Source of the DNA: a virus
Direction: 5' to 3' (one strand)
IMG/VR virus record: IMGVR_UViG_3300027816_000055
DNA length: 64,000 nucleotides
In this document: piece by piece, positions 9,216 to 19,200 of the stretch
Layout: each line of letters opens with the position of its first letter
Numbering within the stretch: the stretch's first letter is position 1
The notes under the pieces: model-generated
Seen by the model: the letters and a program-made list of their open reading frames with translations, nothing else
The model's database searches: none
Told to the model about the DNA's origin: nothing
Position numbers and translations under genes: made by a program

Positions 9216-9553
9216 TTAAGCTTAAAGATTTGATTTTAGAACATTCAAATGATATTGTTTATCACTTGACTAAAAAATCTAATTTATCCAGTATTAAGAA
9301 ATACGGACTAAAACCAAATTTACCGGTTGATATGCCCACTGAAGATGAAGGTGTGTATGTATTTAAAACAAAAGAAAATGCAGAAGATGCATTGATGAAT
9401 TGGTATGGAGACAGATTTGATGAAGATGAAGAATTTGTATTGTTGACCATCAAGACAGATGGATTGCAATTGTTTTCAACAATGGTAGATTGGGAATATA
9501 TTTCATACACAAATATACCAGCATCCAATATTATTAAAATAGAAAATATATGA
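9212..9553 (+). CDS. ADP-ribosyltransferase-fold protein (KptA/Tpt1-like) with MIKLKDLILE leader
   Basis: VYHLT...LSSIKKYGLKP...GVYVF...LLTI...EY...IP...I pattern. Confidence 0.65.
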   Translation: MIKLKDLILEHSNDIVYHLTKKSNLSSIKKYGLKPNLPVDMPTEDEGVYVFKTKENAEDALMNWYGDRFDEDEEFVLLTIKTDGLQLFSTMVDWEYISYTNIPASNIIKIENI

Positions 9554-10155
9554 TTTTATTAAAAACATTACTATTAGAAAATAATTGGCCGAATGTAATT
9601 TTGAATGATAAACATCTTTGGTATCATGGCAGAAGCATTGATAGTGACGTTTTTTCGTATGATTATGTCGGCGGCGAAAATGCATATGATCAAGAGGGGC
9701 CGGGATTTTATTTTACAAATAATTTCGAGGATGCAAAAAAATATACAAATTCAAATGGTATTATATTAAAATGTAAAATAAATTATCAAAAAATACTTAT
9801 AAAAAGCCCATCATCAAATACAAAAGTTAATAAAAAAATAATTGTTGATTTAATTAATAGTAGTCCAGACAAAGATTATACACTAGAAAATTTTGATGAA
9901 AATCCAAAAATGGCAATGATTAAAGCAATAAATGCATATTTGAAATATGATTATGCGCATGACGCGTATCAAATACTTGCCCGTGATTTTTACAAATACA
10001 ATCCAAAAGAATATTTACAAATATTGTCAAAATATTATGATGCTCAATTAACTGATAAAAACATAATGGATGGTAAAAAAGTATATCATTTGATTGTTTA
10101 CAATCCAACATTAATTACAGTTATTGATAAAATAAAATATGAATCTTCCATTTAA
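9550..10155 (+). CDS. ADP-ribosyltransferase-fold protein (ART-PolyVal-like) with MILLKTLLLE leader
   Basis: WYHGRS...GPGFYFT...AKKY...ILKCKI and terminal LIVYNPTLI pattern. Confidence 0.65.
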   Translation: MILLKTLLLENNWPNVILNDKHLWYHGRSIDSDVFSYDYVGGENAYDQEGPGFYFTNNFEDAKKYTNSNGIILKCKINYQKILIKSPSSNTKVNKKIIVDLINSSPDKDYTLENFDENPKMAMIKAINAYLKYDYAHDAYQILARDFYKYNPKEYLQILSKYYDAQLTDKNIMDGKKVYHLIVYNPTLITVIDKIKYESSI

Positions 10156-10405
10156 AGAAATCTCATTGGGCAACAATCAATATATAAGAGAGTTTGCCGC
10201 TGATACAAATCGTGATGTTGTAGAAGAATGGCATCGGGATCGTGAAGATCGTATTGTTGAAGTAATTGAAAATACAGATTGGTTGTTTCAAATGGATAAC
10301 GAATTACCAATTTTATTAAAAGAAAAATTATATATTCCCAAAGAAAACTATCATAGAGTAATTATGGGAAAAGGCAAATTAATTGTTAAGATAACCAAGC
10401 TTTAA
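10139..10405 (+). CDS. Small cupin-like protein
   Basis: EWHRD...DW.FQMDN..P...YIPKENYHRV, His spacing of a cupin barrel. Confidence 0.6.
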   Translation: MNLPFKEISLGNNQYIREFAADTNRDVVEEWHRDREDRIVEVIENTDWLFQMDNELPILLKEKLYIPKENYHRVIMGKGKLIVKITKL

Positions 10406-10420
10406 AACTATTTATAATAT

Positions 10421-11629
10421 ATGGCAAATGCAAATATCGATCAAGATCGTGTAAGATGGCCGGGTAGCGGTAGTGCTGTGAACACTGGTAGTGTTCCGTA
10501 TGGATTTTATCTCAATGAAAGCGCAACTACCGGCAGTGTTGGTTATTTTGAATATGATTGTCAAGCTGCTGCCGGTTGGGCAGCAAAACGTTTGGGTTAT
10601 CCAATTGTAGATATTGAAATGATTGATGTAAATTTCTATGCATGTTTTGAAGAAGCTGTAAGTGAATATGGTGCTCAAGTAAATCAATTCAACATTCGTA
10701 ATAATATGTTGAATTTACAAGGTATGCCCGTGGCAAATAATCCAAATGTTACAGGTCTAAATGTAAAAGGAAGTGCATTGCCATTTATTGTTGAATTATC
10801 AAAACAATATGGTAGTGAAGTTGGCGTCGGAGGATATGTGGAAGCAAAAAAATATGGCGTTGCAGTTACAAGTAGTGTTCAAACATATGATTTACAAGCA
10901 TTAATTGGAACCGCAGTTGAAAGCGGCAGCCGTGTTGAAATTCGCAGAGTATTTCATGGCCCACCACCAGCATTTGCACGTATTTACGATCCATTCAGCA
11001 TGACTGGTATGAGTTATAGTAACGTATTGAATGAAATGGGATTCGCTGGCTATAGTCCTGCTACACAATTTTTAATGACGCCGATCTTTGAAGATTTGCT
11101 TCGCGGTCAAGCAATTGAATTCAATGATATGGTACGAAAAAGCGGATACAGCTTTGAAATTATTAATAACAAATTAAAATTATTTCCTATTCCAACATAT
11201 GATCATACTGTTTATGTAGAATACGTTGTAGAAAAAGATAAATATAGTACGGCATCGCTGTTTAGTAGTGGAAGTAATTATGATATTGTAAGTGATTATA
11301 GTAATGCACCTTATCAAAACGTTGTATATAAGAGCATCAACGCCGTTGGTAAACAATGGATACGAAAATATTTCTTGGCATTATGTAAAGAAACTCTTGG
11401 TCGAATTTTGCAAAAATATACAACAGTTCCGATTCCGGGTGGCGAAGTTACTCTGGACGGTGCTGAATTGCGTAGTGAAGCGACATCTGAAAAAGAAGTG
11501 TTAATGACACAATTAAGAGAAAATCTTGAAGCCAGTGGACGTGCTGCACAAATGGATGCCAAAGCAAATGAAGCTGATAAAATTCAAGAAACTCTTCGTA
11601 AAACCCCACTGTTAATTTATATTGGATAA
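10421..11629 (+). CDS. gp13: Neck protein (T4 gp13-like)
   Basis: LGYPIVDIE, CFEEAVSEY, WIRKYFLALCKETLG, GGEVTLDG; position after the capsid gene. Confidence 0.8.
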   Translation: MANANIDQDRVRWPGSGSAVNTGSVPYGFYLNESATTGSVGYFEYDCQAAAGWAAKRLGYPIVDIEMIDVNFYACFEEAVSEYGAQVNQFNIRNNMLNLQGMPVANNPNVTGLNVKGSALPFIVELSKQYGSEVGVGGYVEAKKYGVAVTSSVQTYDLQALIGTAVESGSRVEIRRVFHGPPPAFARIYDPFSMTGMSYSNVLNEMGFAGYSPATQFLMTPIFEDLLRGQAIEFNDMVRKSGYSFEIINNKLKLFPIPTYDHTVYVEYVVEKDKYSTASLFSSGSNYDIVSDYSNAPYQNVVYKSINAVGKQWIRKYFLALCKETLGRILQKYTTVPIPGGEVTLDGAELRSEATSEKEVLMTQLRENLEASGRAAQMDAKANEADKIQETLRKTPLLIYIG

Positions 11630-11632
11630 TTT

Positions 11633-11935
11633 ATGGAACAAGAAAAAGAACCATCTAAGTTTTTGTCATACAGTACATCAATGGAATGTCCGCAATGCAA
11701 ATCTAATAAATCAAAAGTCATAGATAAACGCAATGCACAAGATCACATTGTACGTCGAAGACACTGTGAAAATGGACATCGTTATACGACGATGGAATTG
11801 GACGCAAACAAACCCGGTGCAGCAAAAAAAGGAACAATTGATCCAACAAGTGATGATTTTGCAGAAAAAATGAAAAATGCACTTGTTCAGTCAATCAATT
11901 ATCAAAAACTTGCAAACGCACTATATATTAGATAA
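11633..11935 (+). CDS. NrdR-type zinc-ribbon protein lacking the ATP-cone
   Basis: MECPQCKSNKSKVIDKR...RRRHCENGHRYTTME matches the NrdR N-terminal CPxC...KVIDSR...RRRxC...FTTxE pattern. Confidence 0.7.
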   Translation: MEQEKEPSKFLSYSTSMECPQCKSNKSKVIDKRNAQDHIVRRRHCENGHRYTTMELDANKPGAAKKGTIDPTSDDFAEKMKNALVQSINYQKLANALYIR

Positions 11936-11940
11936 TTAAT

Positions 11941-12411
11941 ATGAGTTTATTTGGACGCTATTTTAGTGAACGCGATTTAAGATTGATTAATTCTGTTAAT
12001 GCAGAATTGACCCGCGATATTATTCAAACTTTAGTTGTTTGTTTTAAAATCGCTGGTAATGTTACCAAAACAAACATGTATGGTGAAAGCAGTCCTAGCG
12101 AAGGCAAATCTTTTTATGATGGTATTGAGCTGACCGCATTAATTGAACGAAGTGATCCAACAACAGACGATGAAGGATTTGGTCCAGATCGGGATCAAAG
12201 CGTTGTGTTCAAATTGAGAGAAAATACTTGTGCCGATGCAAATTATTTTCCTGAAGTTGGCGATTTAATTTTATTTAATAATCGGTATCATGAAATTAAT
12301 AATGTTGTTCAAGAACAATTTTTGGGTGGCCAGAGTGATAAGAGTCATAGTTTTATTTGCAATACTCATTATAGTCGTTTAAGTAAACTTAACATCATTG
12401 AAAGACAATAA
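11941..12411 (+). CDS. gp14: Neck/head-closure protein (T4 gp14-like)
   Basis: TNMYGES, PEVGDLILFNNRYHEI; synteny between gp13-like and gp15-like genes. Confidence 0.65.
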   Translation: MSLFGRYFSERDLRLINSVNAELTRDIIQTLVVCFKIAGNVTKTNMYGESSPSEGKSFYDGIELTALIERSDPTTDDEGFGPDRDQSVVFKLRENTCADANYFPEVGDLILFNNRYHEINNVVQEQFLGGQSDKSHSFICNTHYSRLSKLNIIERQ

Positions 12412-12413
12412 TT

Positions 12414-13598
12414 ATGTCATGGCGTGGTAATACATCAAATCCAGTACCTTCGAATGTTGATGAAACAAAGAAAAATCCTTATTTTACAAATCAAGAAAAT
12501 AAGGCAATGGATGTTCGTCGAGATAAAGATACACGAAAGAATTTCACAGTTACTTTAATTGATATTGACAATTCATTGATGGAATATTTACAAAATGTAA
12601 TTAATCCAACAGTTGTCGATGCCGGTGCAAATATCAAAGTACCTATTCTTTATGGAAATCCCGAAAGATGGAAGGCTATTCAAAACGACGGATATTATCG
12701 TGATATAAATGGTAAAATCCAATTACCCGCAATAATGTTCAAGCGTAGCTCGTTTAGTAAAAATGAAAATTTACAAACGTTTAATAGATATTTAACATAT
12801 CCAGTTATGACTAAATTTAGTGAAAAAAATCAATATACTAAATTTAGTTTGTTAAATGATACCGTTGCTCCTGTTAATCAAATACATGCCGTGACATTGC
12901 CAGATCATGTAAAAGTTGAATATGAATTTATGGTTTGGACAGAATATGTGGAGCAAATGAACGCTATTTTAGAAAAAATTAACTTTGCAAGCGAAGATTA
13001 TTGGGGCGATCCACAACGATTTAAATTTAGAGTAACAATCAACGATTATAGTCATACCACAGAAGTCTCTAACGATAAAGATCGTATGGTTCGTACCTCT
13101 TTTACGCTAAGTTTGTTTGCATATTTATTGCCGGAAAGTTTTGAAGATCGCAAATCAACGGTTCAAAAACTACTGACTCCTAAAAAGATTAGTATTACGG
13201 CAGAAATTGTAAATGGAGTTGAAATGACATCGACAAATAAAAATGTTAAAGCGAATTCATATAGCAACCCAAGCAATCCTTACTATAATGTTAATAATGT
13301 TATATCATCAATTAAAGATTCGTGGACTGTTCCTAAACCTGCTATTGTAACAGAAAAATCAACAGTTGAAGGAGGCGATGTAACGACTCAAATTAGACAA
13401 AGTTATGCAGCACTCATTCAACAGACAATTAATATGGTTATCAGTGGAAGTACAACAGGAAGTGTAAATATTTGGCATAACCCACCTTCTTCACCAACCG
13501 AATATGGTGAAGAAGGTTGGATGGCATATGATGGCGATTATCATTATATATATGTTGGTGGTCGGTGGAGACGCCAAGCAATTGCAGACTTCGAATGA
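12414..13598 (+). CDS. gp15: Tail terminator/sheath stabiliser (T4 gp15-like) with a C-terminal extension
   Basis: KVPILYGNPERW, IQLPAIMFKR, PDHVKVEYEFMVWTEYVEQMNAILE. Confidence 0.7.
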   Translation: MSWRGNTSNPVPSNVDETKKNPYFTNQENKAMDVRRDKDTRKNFTVTLIDIDNSLMEYLQNVINPTVVDAGANIKVPILYGNPERWKAIQNDGYYRDINGKIQLPAIMFKRSSFSKNENLQTFNRYLTYPVMTKFSEKNQYTKFSLLNDTVAPVNQIHAVTLPDHVKVEYEFMVWTEYVEQMNAILEKINFASEDYWGDPQRFKFRVTINDYSHTTEVSNDKDRMVRTSFTLSLFAYLLPESFEDRKSTVQKLLTPKKISITAEIVNGVEMTSTNKNVKANSYSNPSNPYYNVNNVISSIKDSWTVPKPAIVTEKSTVEGGDVTTQIRQSYAALIQQTINMVISGSTTGSVNIWHNPPSSPTEYGEEGWMAYDGDYHYIYVGGRWRRQAIADFE

Positions 13599-13682
13599 TT
13601 AACTAAATATTAAAAAAAACCAGTTTAAATAAAAAAAAATATATTTATACTAAGATCATAGTAATATAGGAACCAAAGTAAT

Positions 13683-16103
13683 ATGCCATATCCAAATACA
13701 ACAGCTTCAGTCATTGTAATTTCACAAACAAGTGCAAGTTCTGTCGGCGGCCAATTTCCATTTATTGAAAGACAGATTAGCGGTAGCAATCTATTTTTGG
13801 TAACAGATGCAAACGGCTTTTTAACCGGAAGTACAAGCATTCCCGGTGGAAGTTTTACCTCTTTAACAGTAACTGGCGCACTAACAGCAAGTATAATTAG
13901 TGCAAGTACAGCACTTACGAGTGCAGCCGCAACATTTACTGGTCCTGTAACAATGAGTTCAATGCTTAGTGCAAGCGGGGGCATTACAGCAAGTGGTATT
14001 CAAAATACAGGAACACTTACTGTTGTTGGTACGAGTACATTAGGTACAACAAATGTAACTGGATTGTTAAGTGCAAGTGGAAATATTACCGCAAGTAATA
14101 TTTTTGACGCCGGTACACTGGTCGTATTGGGTAATACCATTCTTACAACGGTAACAGCAAGTAACATTAGTGCGAGTGGAAACATTAGTGCAAGTTTGTT
14201 TGTTGGCGCTCACACAGGAAGTACATTTGGTACTGCAAGTTGGGCAACCAATGCTACAACAGCTACAACTGCAAATGCGTTAAATACAGCTAATAATTAT
14301 ACCATTTCAGGATTGACTGTTAATGGTAACGTTAGTGCAAGTGGTACATTTACCGCAAGTAATTTTCACGTAGTTAATAATGTTGGATTTGCATCAAGTG
14401 TAACCGTTGGTGGTTCGCTATCAGTTAGTGGAAGTACCGTATTTGGAAATGACGTAACTGATACTACAACTATTAACGGTAATTTAATTAACAGTGGCAG
14501 CTTTTTCACAAGCGGTTCAATTACTGCAAGTAACATTAGTGCGAGCGGAAATATTAGTGCAAGTAACGGTTGGTTTAATAATTTGACAGTTGCAGGAACG
14601 TTAAATGCCACAGTAAGTGGTAGTATTACCAATGCAAGTAGTGCTAGTATTGCTGCAAATAATAGTACTGCAACACTACAATATATTACATTTGTTGACG
14701 GAACTGGAAATCGTCCATTGTATGTTGATCAAGATAGCTTAACATGGCAGCCAAGTACCAACACGCTGAGTAGTAGTGGTAATTTTGTTGGAGTAAATTA
14801 TACAGGTTCAAGAATTACTATATCAGGTGGTACTGGTAACAGCACTGCTGTTGGTACACAAGGTATTCTTTCATCAAATGGTATTGGTGTCAGTGGCAAT
14901 AGTTATTTCAATGGAGATGTTGGTATTGGTACGTCGTTAACTGTTGGTGGCATAATCTCTGGAAGCAATGCATTATGGTTAGCCGGTAATGCAACATTAG
15001 CTGGAAATAGTGCTACTGTTACTCATACTGGTACTGGTAATTTATCAATCCTTTCTAGTAATGGAAGTGTAGTGATTGAAGGTTCTACTTTTACTGGAAA
15101 TGATGTAACTATACCGGGTGATCTTGCTGTAAATGGTGGCGATATCACAACAACAGCGGCCACATTTAATTTGATAACAGGCAGTGCTACAACAGTTAAT
15201 TTCGCTCACAATGCATCGGCTCTTACGATTGGTGCAACGGGTAGTAGCACTATATTTAATGGCGATATTGCTGTCAACGGTGGAGATATTTCAACCACAG
15301 CATCTACATTTAATTTCTTAACAGGTAATTCTGCAACAACAACAGTAAATATGTTGTGGAACGATGCTACGCCCACACTTAGAATTAGATCTACAAAAGA
15401 TGCCACTGCGCCGGGTACTGCCGCTGTTGTTGTTGATGGTGGTGTTTCTATTGCAAAAAATCTTATTGTTAGTGGTAGTACTACAATGTATGGTGATTTA
15501 ACATTGATTGGTACTGGATCGATTGTTAATATTAGTAGCAGTACTGTTATTATTGGTGATAATCGTATTGCATTAAATGCATGGAGTGTTGGAAGTCCAC
15601 AACGTTATGGTGGTATTGACGTTTTTGATAGTGGTAGCACTGCGTCGGTTACAAGTTCTTTGTTGTGGGATAGTTTAAATAACTATTGGTTGTTACAAAC
15701 AAACAATACAGGTTCTCCTGTAACTGCAAGCAGTGCAGTTATTCTACAAGGTCCAACAAGTAGTTTTGGTAGTGAATTTTTATTGACAGTAAACAACTTC
15801 TTGAAAGTTCAAACAACAACGGGTAACATGATTACTTCAAGTTTGAGTGAAGTTGGTAACACCTTACAATATGCGGGTACAATTAGTGCGAGTGTTGTAA
15901 CTGGAAGTCAAGTTTTTGGATTAACTGGATCATTTATTAATCTGGCATTACTAACTGGTAGTTCGCCGGGAGTAGGCACTCAAGTTCCTGCAAGTCCAAA
16001 TGCTGCGGGATTGCCGGGACAAATTGAAGTTGACAACAACTTTATTTACGTTTATACGAATAATATTTGGAAACGTGTTCCTGTTAGTGTTTGGTCATTA
16101 TAA
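13683..16103 (+). CDS. Fibre protein 1 (possible collar/whisker fibre)
   Basis: 806 aa, G/S/T-rich beta repeats (NISASGNISAS); follows the neck genes. Confidence 0.75.
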   Translation: MPYPNTTASVIVISQTSASSVGGQFPFIERQISGSNLFLVTDANGFLTGSTSIPGGSFTSLTVTGALTASIISASTALTSAAATFTGPVTMSSMLSASGGITASGIQNTGTLTVVGTSTLGTTNVTGLLSASGNITASNIFDAGTLVVLGNTILTTVTASNISASGNISASLFVGAHTGSTFGTASWATNATTATTANALNTANNYTISGLTVNGNVSASGTFTASNFHVVNNVGFASSVTVGGSLSVSGSTVFGNDVTDTTTINGNLINSGSFFTSGSITASNISASGNISASNGWFNNLTVAGTLNATVSGSITNASSASIAANNSTATLQYITFVDGTGNRPLYVDQDSLTWQPSTNTLSSSGNFVGVNYTGSRITISGGTGNSTAVGTQGILSSNGIGVSGNSYFNGDVGIGTSLTVGGIISGSNALWLAGNATLAGNSATVTHTGTGNLSILSSNGSVVIEGSTFTGNDVTIPGDLAVNGGDITTTAATFNLITGSATTVNFAHNASALTIGATGSSTIFNGDIAVNGGDISTTASTFNFLTGNSATTTVNMLWNDATPTLRIRSTKDATAPGTAAVVVDGGVSIAKNLIVSGSTTMYGDLTLIGTGSIVNISSSTVIIGDNRIALNAWSVGSPQRYGGIDVFDSGSTASVTSSLLWDSLNNYWLLQTNNTGSPVTASSAVILQGPTSSFGSEFLLTVNNFLKVQTTTGNMITSSLSEVGNTLQYAGTISASVVTGSQVFGLTGSFINLALLTGSSPGVGTQVPASPNAAGLPGQIEVDNNFIYVYTNNIWKRVPVSVWSL

Positions 16104-16119
16104 TGTTTTGTGAATTAAC

Positions 16120-16153
16120 AAACCCCGATATGTTTCATACATATCGGGTTTTT
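16120..16153 (+). terminator. Intrinsic terminator
   Basis: CCCGATATGT-ttcat-ACATATCGGG followed by TTTTT. Confidence 0.85.
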
Positions 16154-16206
16154 ATATTTATACAAATGTTATTTTTTATATATTTATAATCATATCTATT
16201 TAAAGT

Positions 16207-19200
16207 ATGCCTATTGGATCGACAGTTGTCTATAATGCAGGTGATCTTATTTTATCAACAGTAAGCTCATCGGGTAATACATTTCAAGAAAATAAAATTG
16301 CTGCGGCAACAAGTAGTATTATTTTATTTAATTCCAATGGTCTTATCAGTTCTCAATCATTAAATTCAACAACTGTTGGGACTGCTAGTTTTTTAAACGC
16401 CACAAATGCAGTTGTAACCAATTTAACAGCAAGTAACATTGATAATACTTATTTATTTAATGATTATACAATTGAAAAATATGGATTTACTGATGTTGCT
16501 AAAGGTCGAACACCAACTATAACAGCAGGTTCTTTATTCTCAGGAGGACCAACATATAGAAATATTACTTCCTATTGGACGATTCCGACATCCTCAATTA
16601 CATCTCCGTTTCCAACGATGAGTATTGATTTTGGATCATCTATATTACAATGTCAATACGTTACATTTGGTACATGGTATAAAGTTGATACGTCACAAAT
16701 TCCTTATTCCTATCGAATTGAATATTCTACAGACAATGTTAATTGGACTTTGGCTGCGAGTTCTTCTACAAATACGGATACTGCACCGGTACATAGTTTA
16801 GGGGCCGCGCCAACAATACGTTATATTCGTTTAATTGTTTTATCTGGACAAACCAGTGCAAGCGTACCAAATGGATATAATTCTCAAGTTAGTGCGTTTA
16901 GAGTATATTCTTTTGCTGGCTCTTATACTAGCGATAATATATGGGCACAGCGCGGAGATGGCGCCGTAGCATATACAGCTTTTAATGGTAATATAGGTAT
17001 TGGAACAATTTCTCCAACCGCTACGCTTACTGTTAGTGGCAGCATTAGCGCAAGTAATTCATATACATTAACGACGGTCGGAATTGGTTCAAATTTGATA
17101 GTTGGAACTACCGGAACATTTGGTCAAGGATTAACGGTTGGCGGTAATATTAGTGCAAGCGGTAATATTAGTTCTAGTGTATTCGTAGGACCACATACCG
17201 GAAGCACGTTTGGTACTGCAAGTTGGGCGCAAAGTGCAAGTTTTGCAACAACTGCAAGTTTTGTAAATATAAGTGCATTAAATGCATTTGTTCAAGGCGG
17301 AAATAGTTTTGGTGCAACTGCTACACTTGGAACCAATGATGCAAATAGTTTGGTACTGGAAACAAACGGTACACCACAATTAACAATTAATAGTGGTGGT
17401 AAATTTGGAATGGGTACATCTCCAGTAGCGACAGTGAAATTAGCTTTAAGCGATAGTCACTTAGGTGCGCTAGGATCATCATCACTTTATCTTTCAACTA
17501 CACAAAATGCGTCTGCAATTGGAAATAATTCTAATACACAGGGTATAAGCAATGAATATTTTATAATAGGAAATACAAGTGGGTCAAATCAAATACAGGG
17601 AATTTTTAATAATACATACATAACGGCAACTGGAACTCAAACCGCAAGTGTACGTAGTTTAAGAAATAATATTAGTATTAACAGTCCTGTGACTATGAGT
17701 TCTAATAGTTCGATTGTCAATGGATTATTTTTGAATCAATTCAATATGCCAGATGGAGCATCATCTGTGAGTATTCCTGATTATAGAATTATCAATACTA
17801 ATTTGTCCGCTATTGGATCATTTGTACCATCTGGTAGTATATCAAATTTTTATGATATTTTGGCGGGGGGCATGGATTCGACTATTGGTAGTGCTTTATC
17901 AGTATCAAATGCCTACGGTGTTTTTATTTCTAGTCGTCGTCAAAGTGGAGGAAGTGTTACAAATAGTTGGGGCGTATATCAAGTAGGAACAAACGATAAT
18001 AATTATTTCGCAGGCAATGTTGGTATTGGAATTACAAATCCAACAAATGATTTGGCGATTGCTGGAACTGTCAGCGCGAGTGCAATCACAGCAAGTACCA
18101 TTAGTGCAAGTAATTTAAATGTATTAACAACTGTTGGTATTGGATCAAACTTAATAGTAGGAACAAATGCTACATTTGGGCAAGACATAACAGTTGGTAC
18201 TAACATTAGTGCGAGCGGAAATATTAGTGCTAGTACATCATGGGTTGGTCGCTCATCAGTGTTTGGATTATCTAATCCGGCGGCAAGTTTAGAGGTTATT
18301 GGTCCGGCTAATATTAGTGGAACATTTGCAGTTTTGGCATCTAGCGGTGATAATACAGCATCTGTATTTACTGTTTACGGTGATAATAATCCACGAACAC
18401 CGAGATTTACAATCAGTAGAGCTGGTAATGTCGGAATTGGTACAACTAATCCTGAAAACAGATTGGATGTTGTTGGAAATATTAGTGCAAGTGCCATTAC
18501 AGCAAGCACTATAAATTCACAAGGCAATATATTTGGTATTCGTTCAACAACACATCCATTATACTTGTATGATAATGCAACAAATATAATCATTGCAAGA
18601 ATAACTAACAATACACCGGGAGTTGGATCATCCACTGATTTTATTTTACGAAGTGGATCAACGGACGTAGTTCGGTTAAGTACTTTACAATCAAGTTATT
18701 TAAATGGTGGAAATGTTGGTATTGGAACTGCGGCTCCACTTGCAAATTTGCATGTATATACTGGATCAACTGGCCCAACAAGTACACATCAAGTTGAATT
18801 TTCAAGTGCAGGTTCTAAAAGAATATTATTTTTAACAAATGCGGGTGGCGCTTCTTATAATCCAATTGTTGCAAGTGGTGACAGTGGAATTATATTTGCA
18901 AGTGGATCGATAAGTAGTAGTCAATGTTTTTTCATTGCACCTTGGAATTCGACAGCAACTGGTATTACTATAAGTGGTAGTGGTCAAGTTGGGATTGGTA
19001 CAAGTGATCCTCGGGGAACATTGCATGTAGTTGGAAATATTACTGCAAGTAGTATTACTGCAAGCTTGCAAGGCACAAGTAGCTGGGCCACAAATAGTTT
19101 GACTGCAAGTTTTGTAAATATAAGTGCATTAAATGCATTTGTTCAAGGTGGAAATAGTTTTGGTACAACAGCGACATTGGGGACAAATGATAATAATAAT

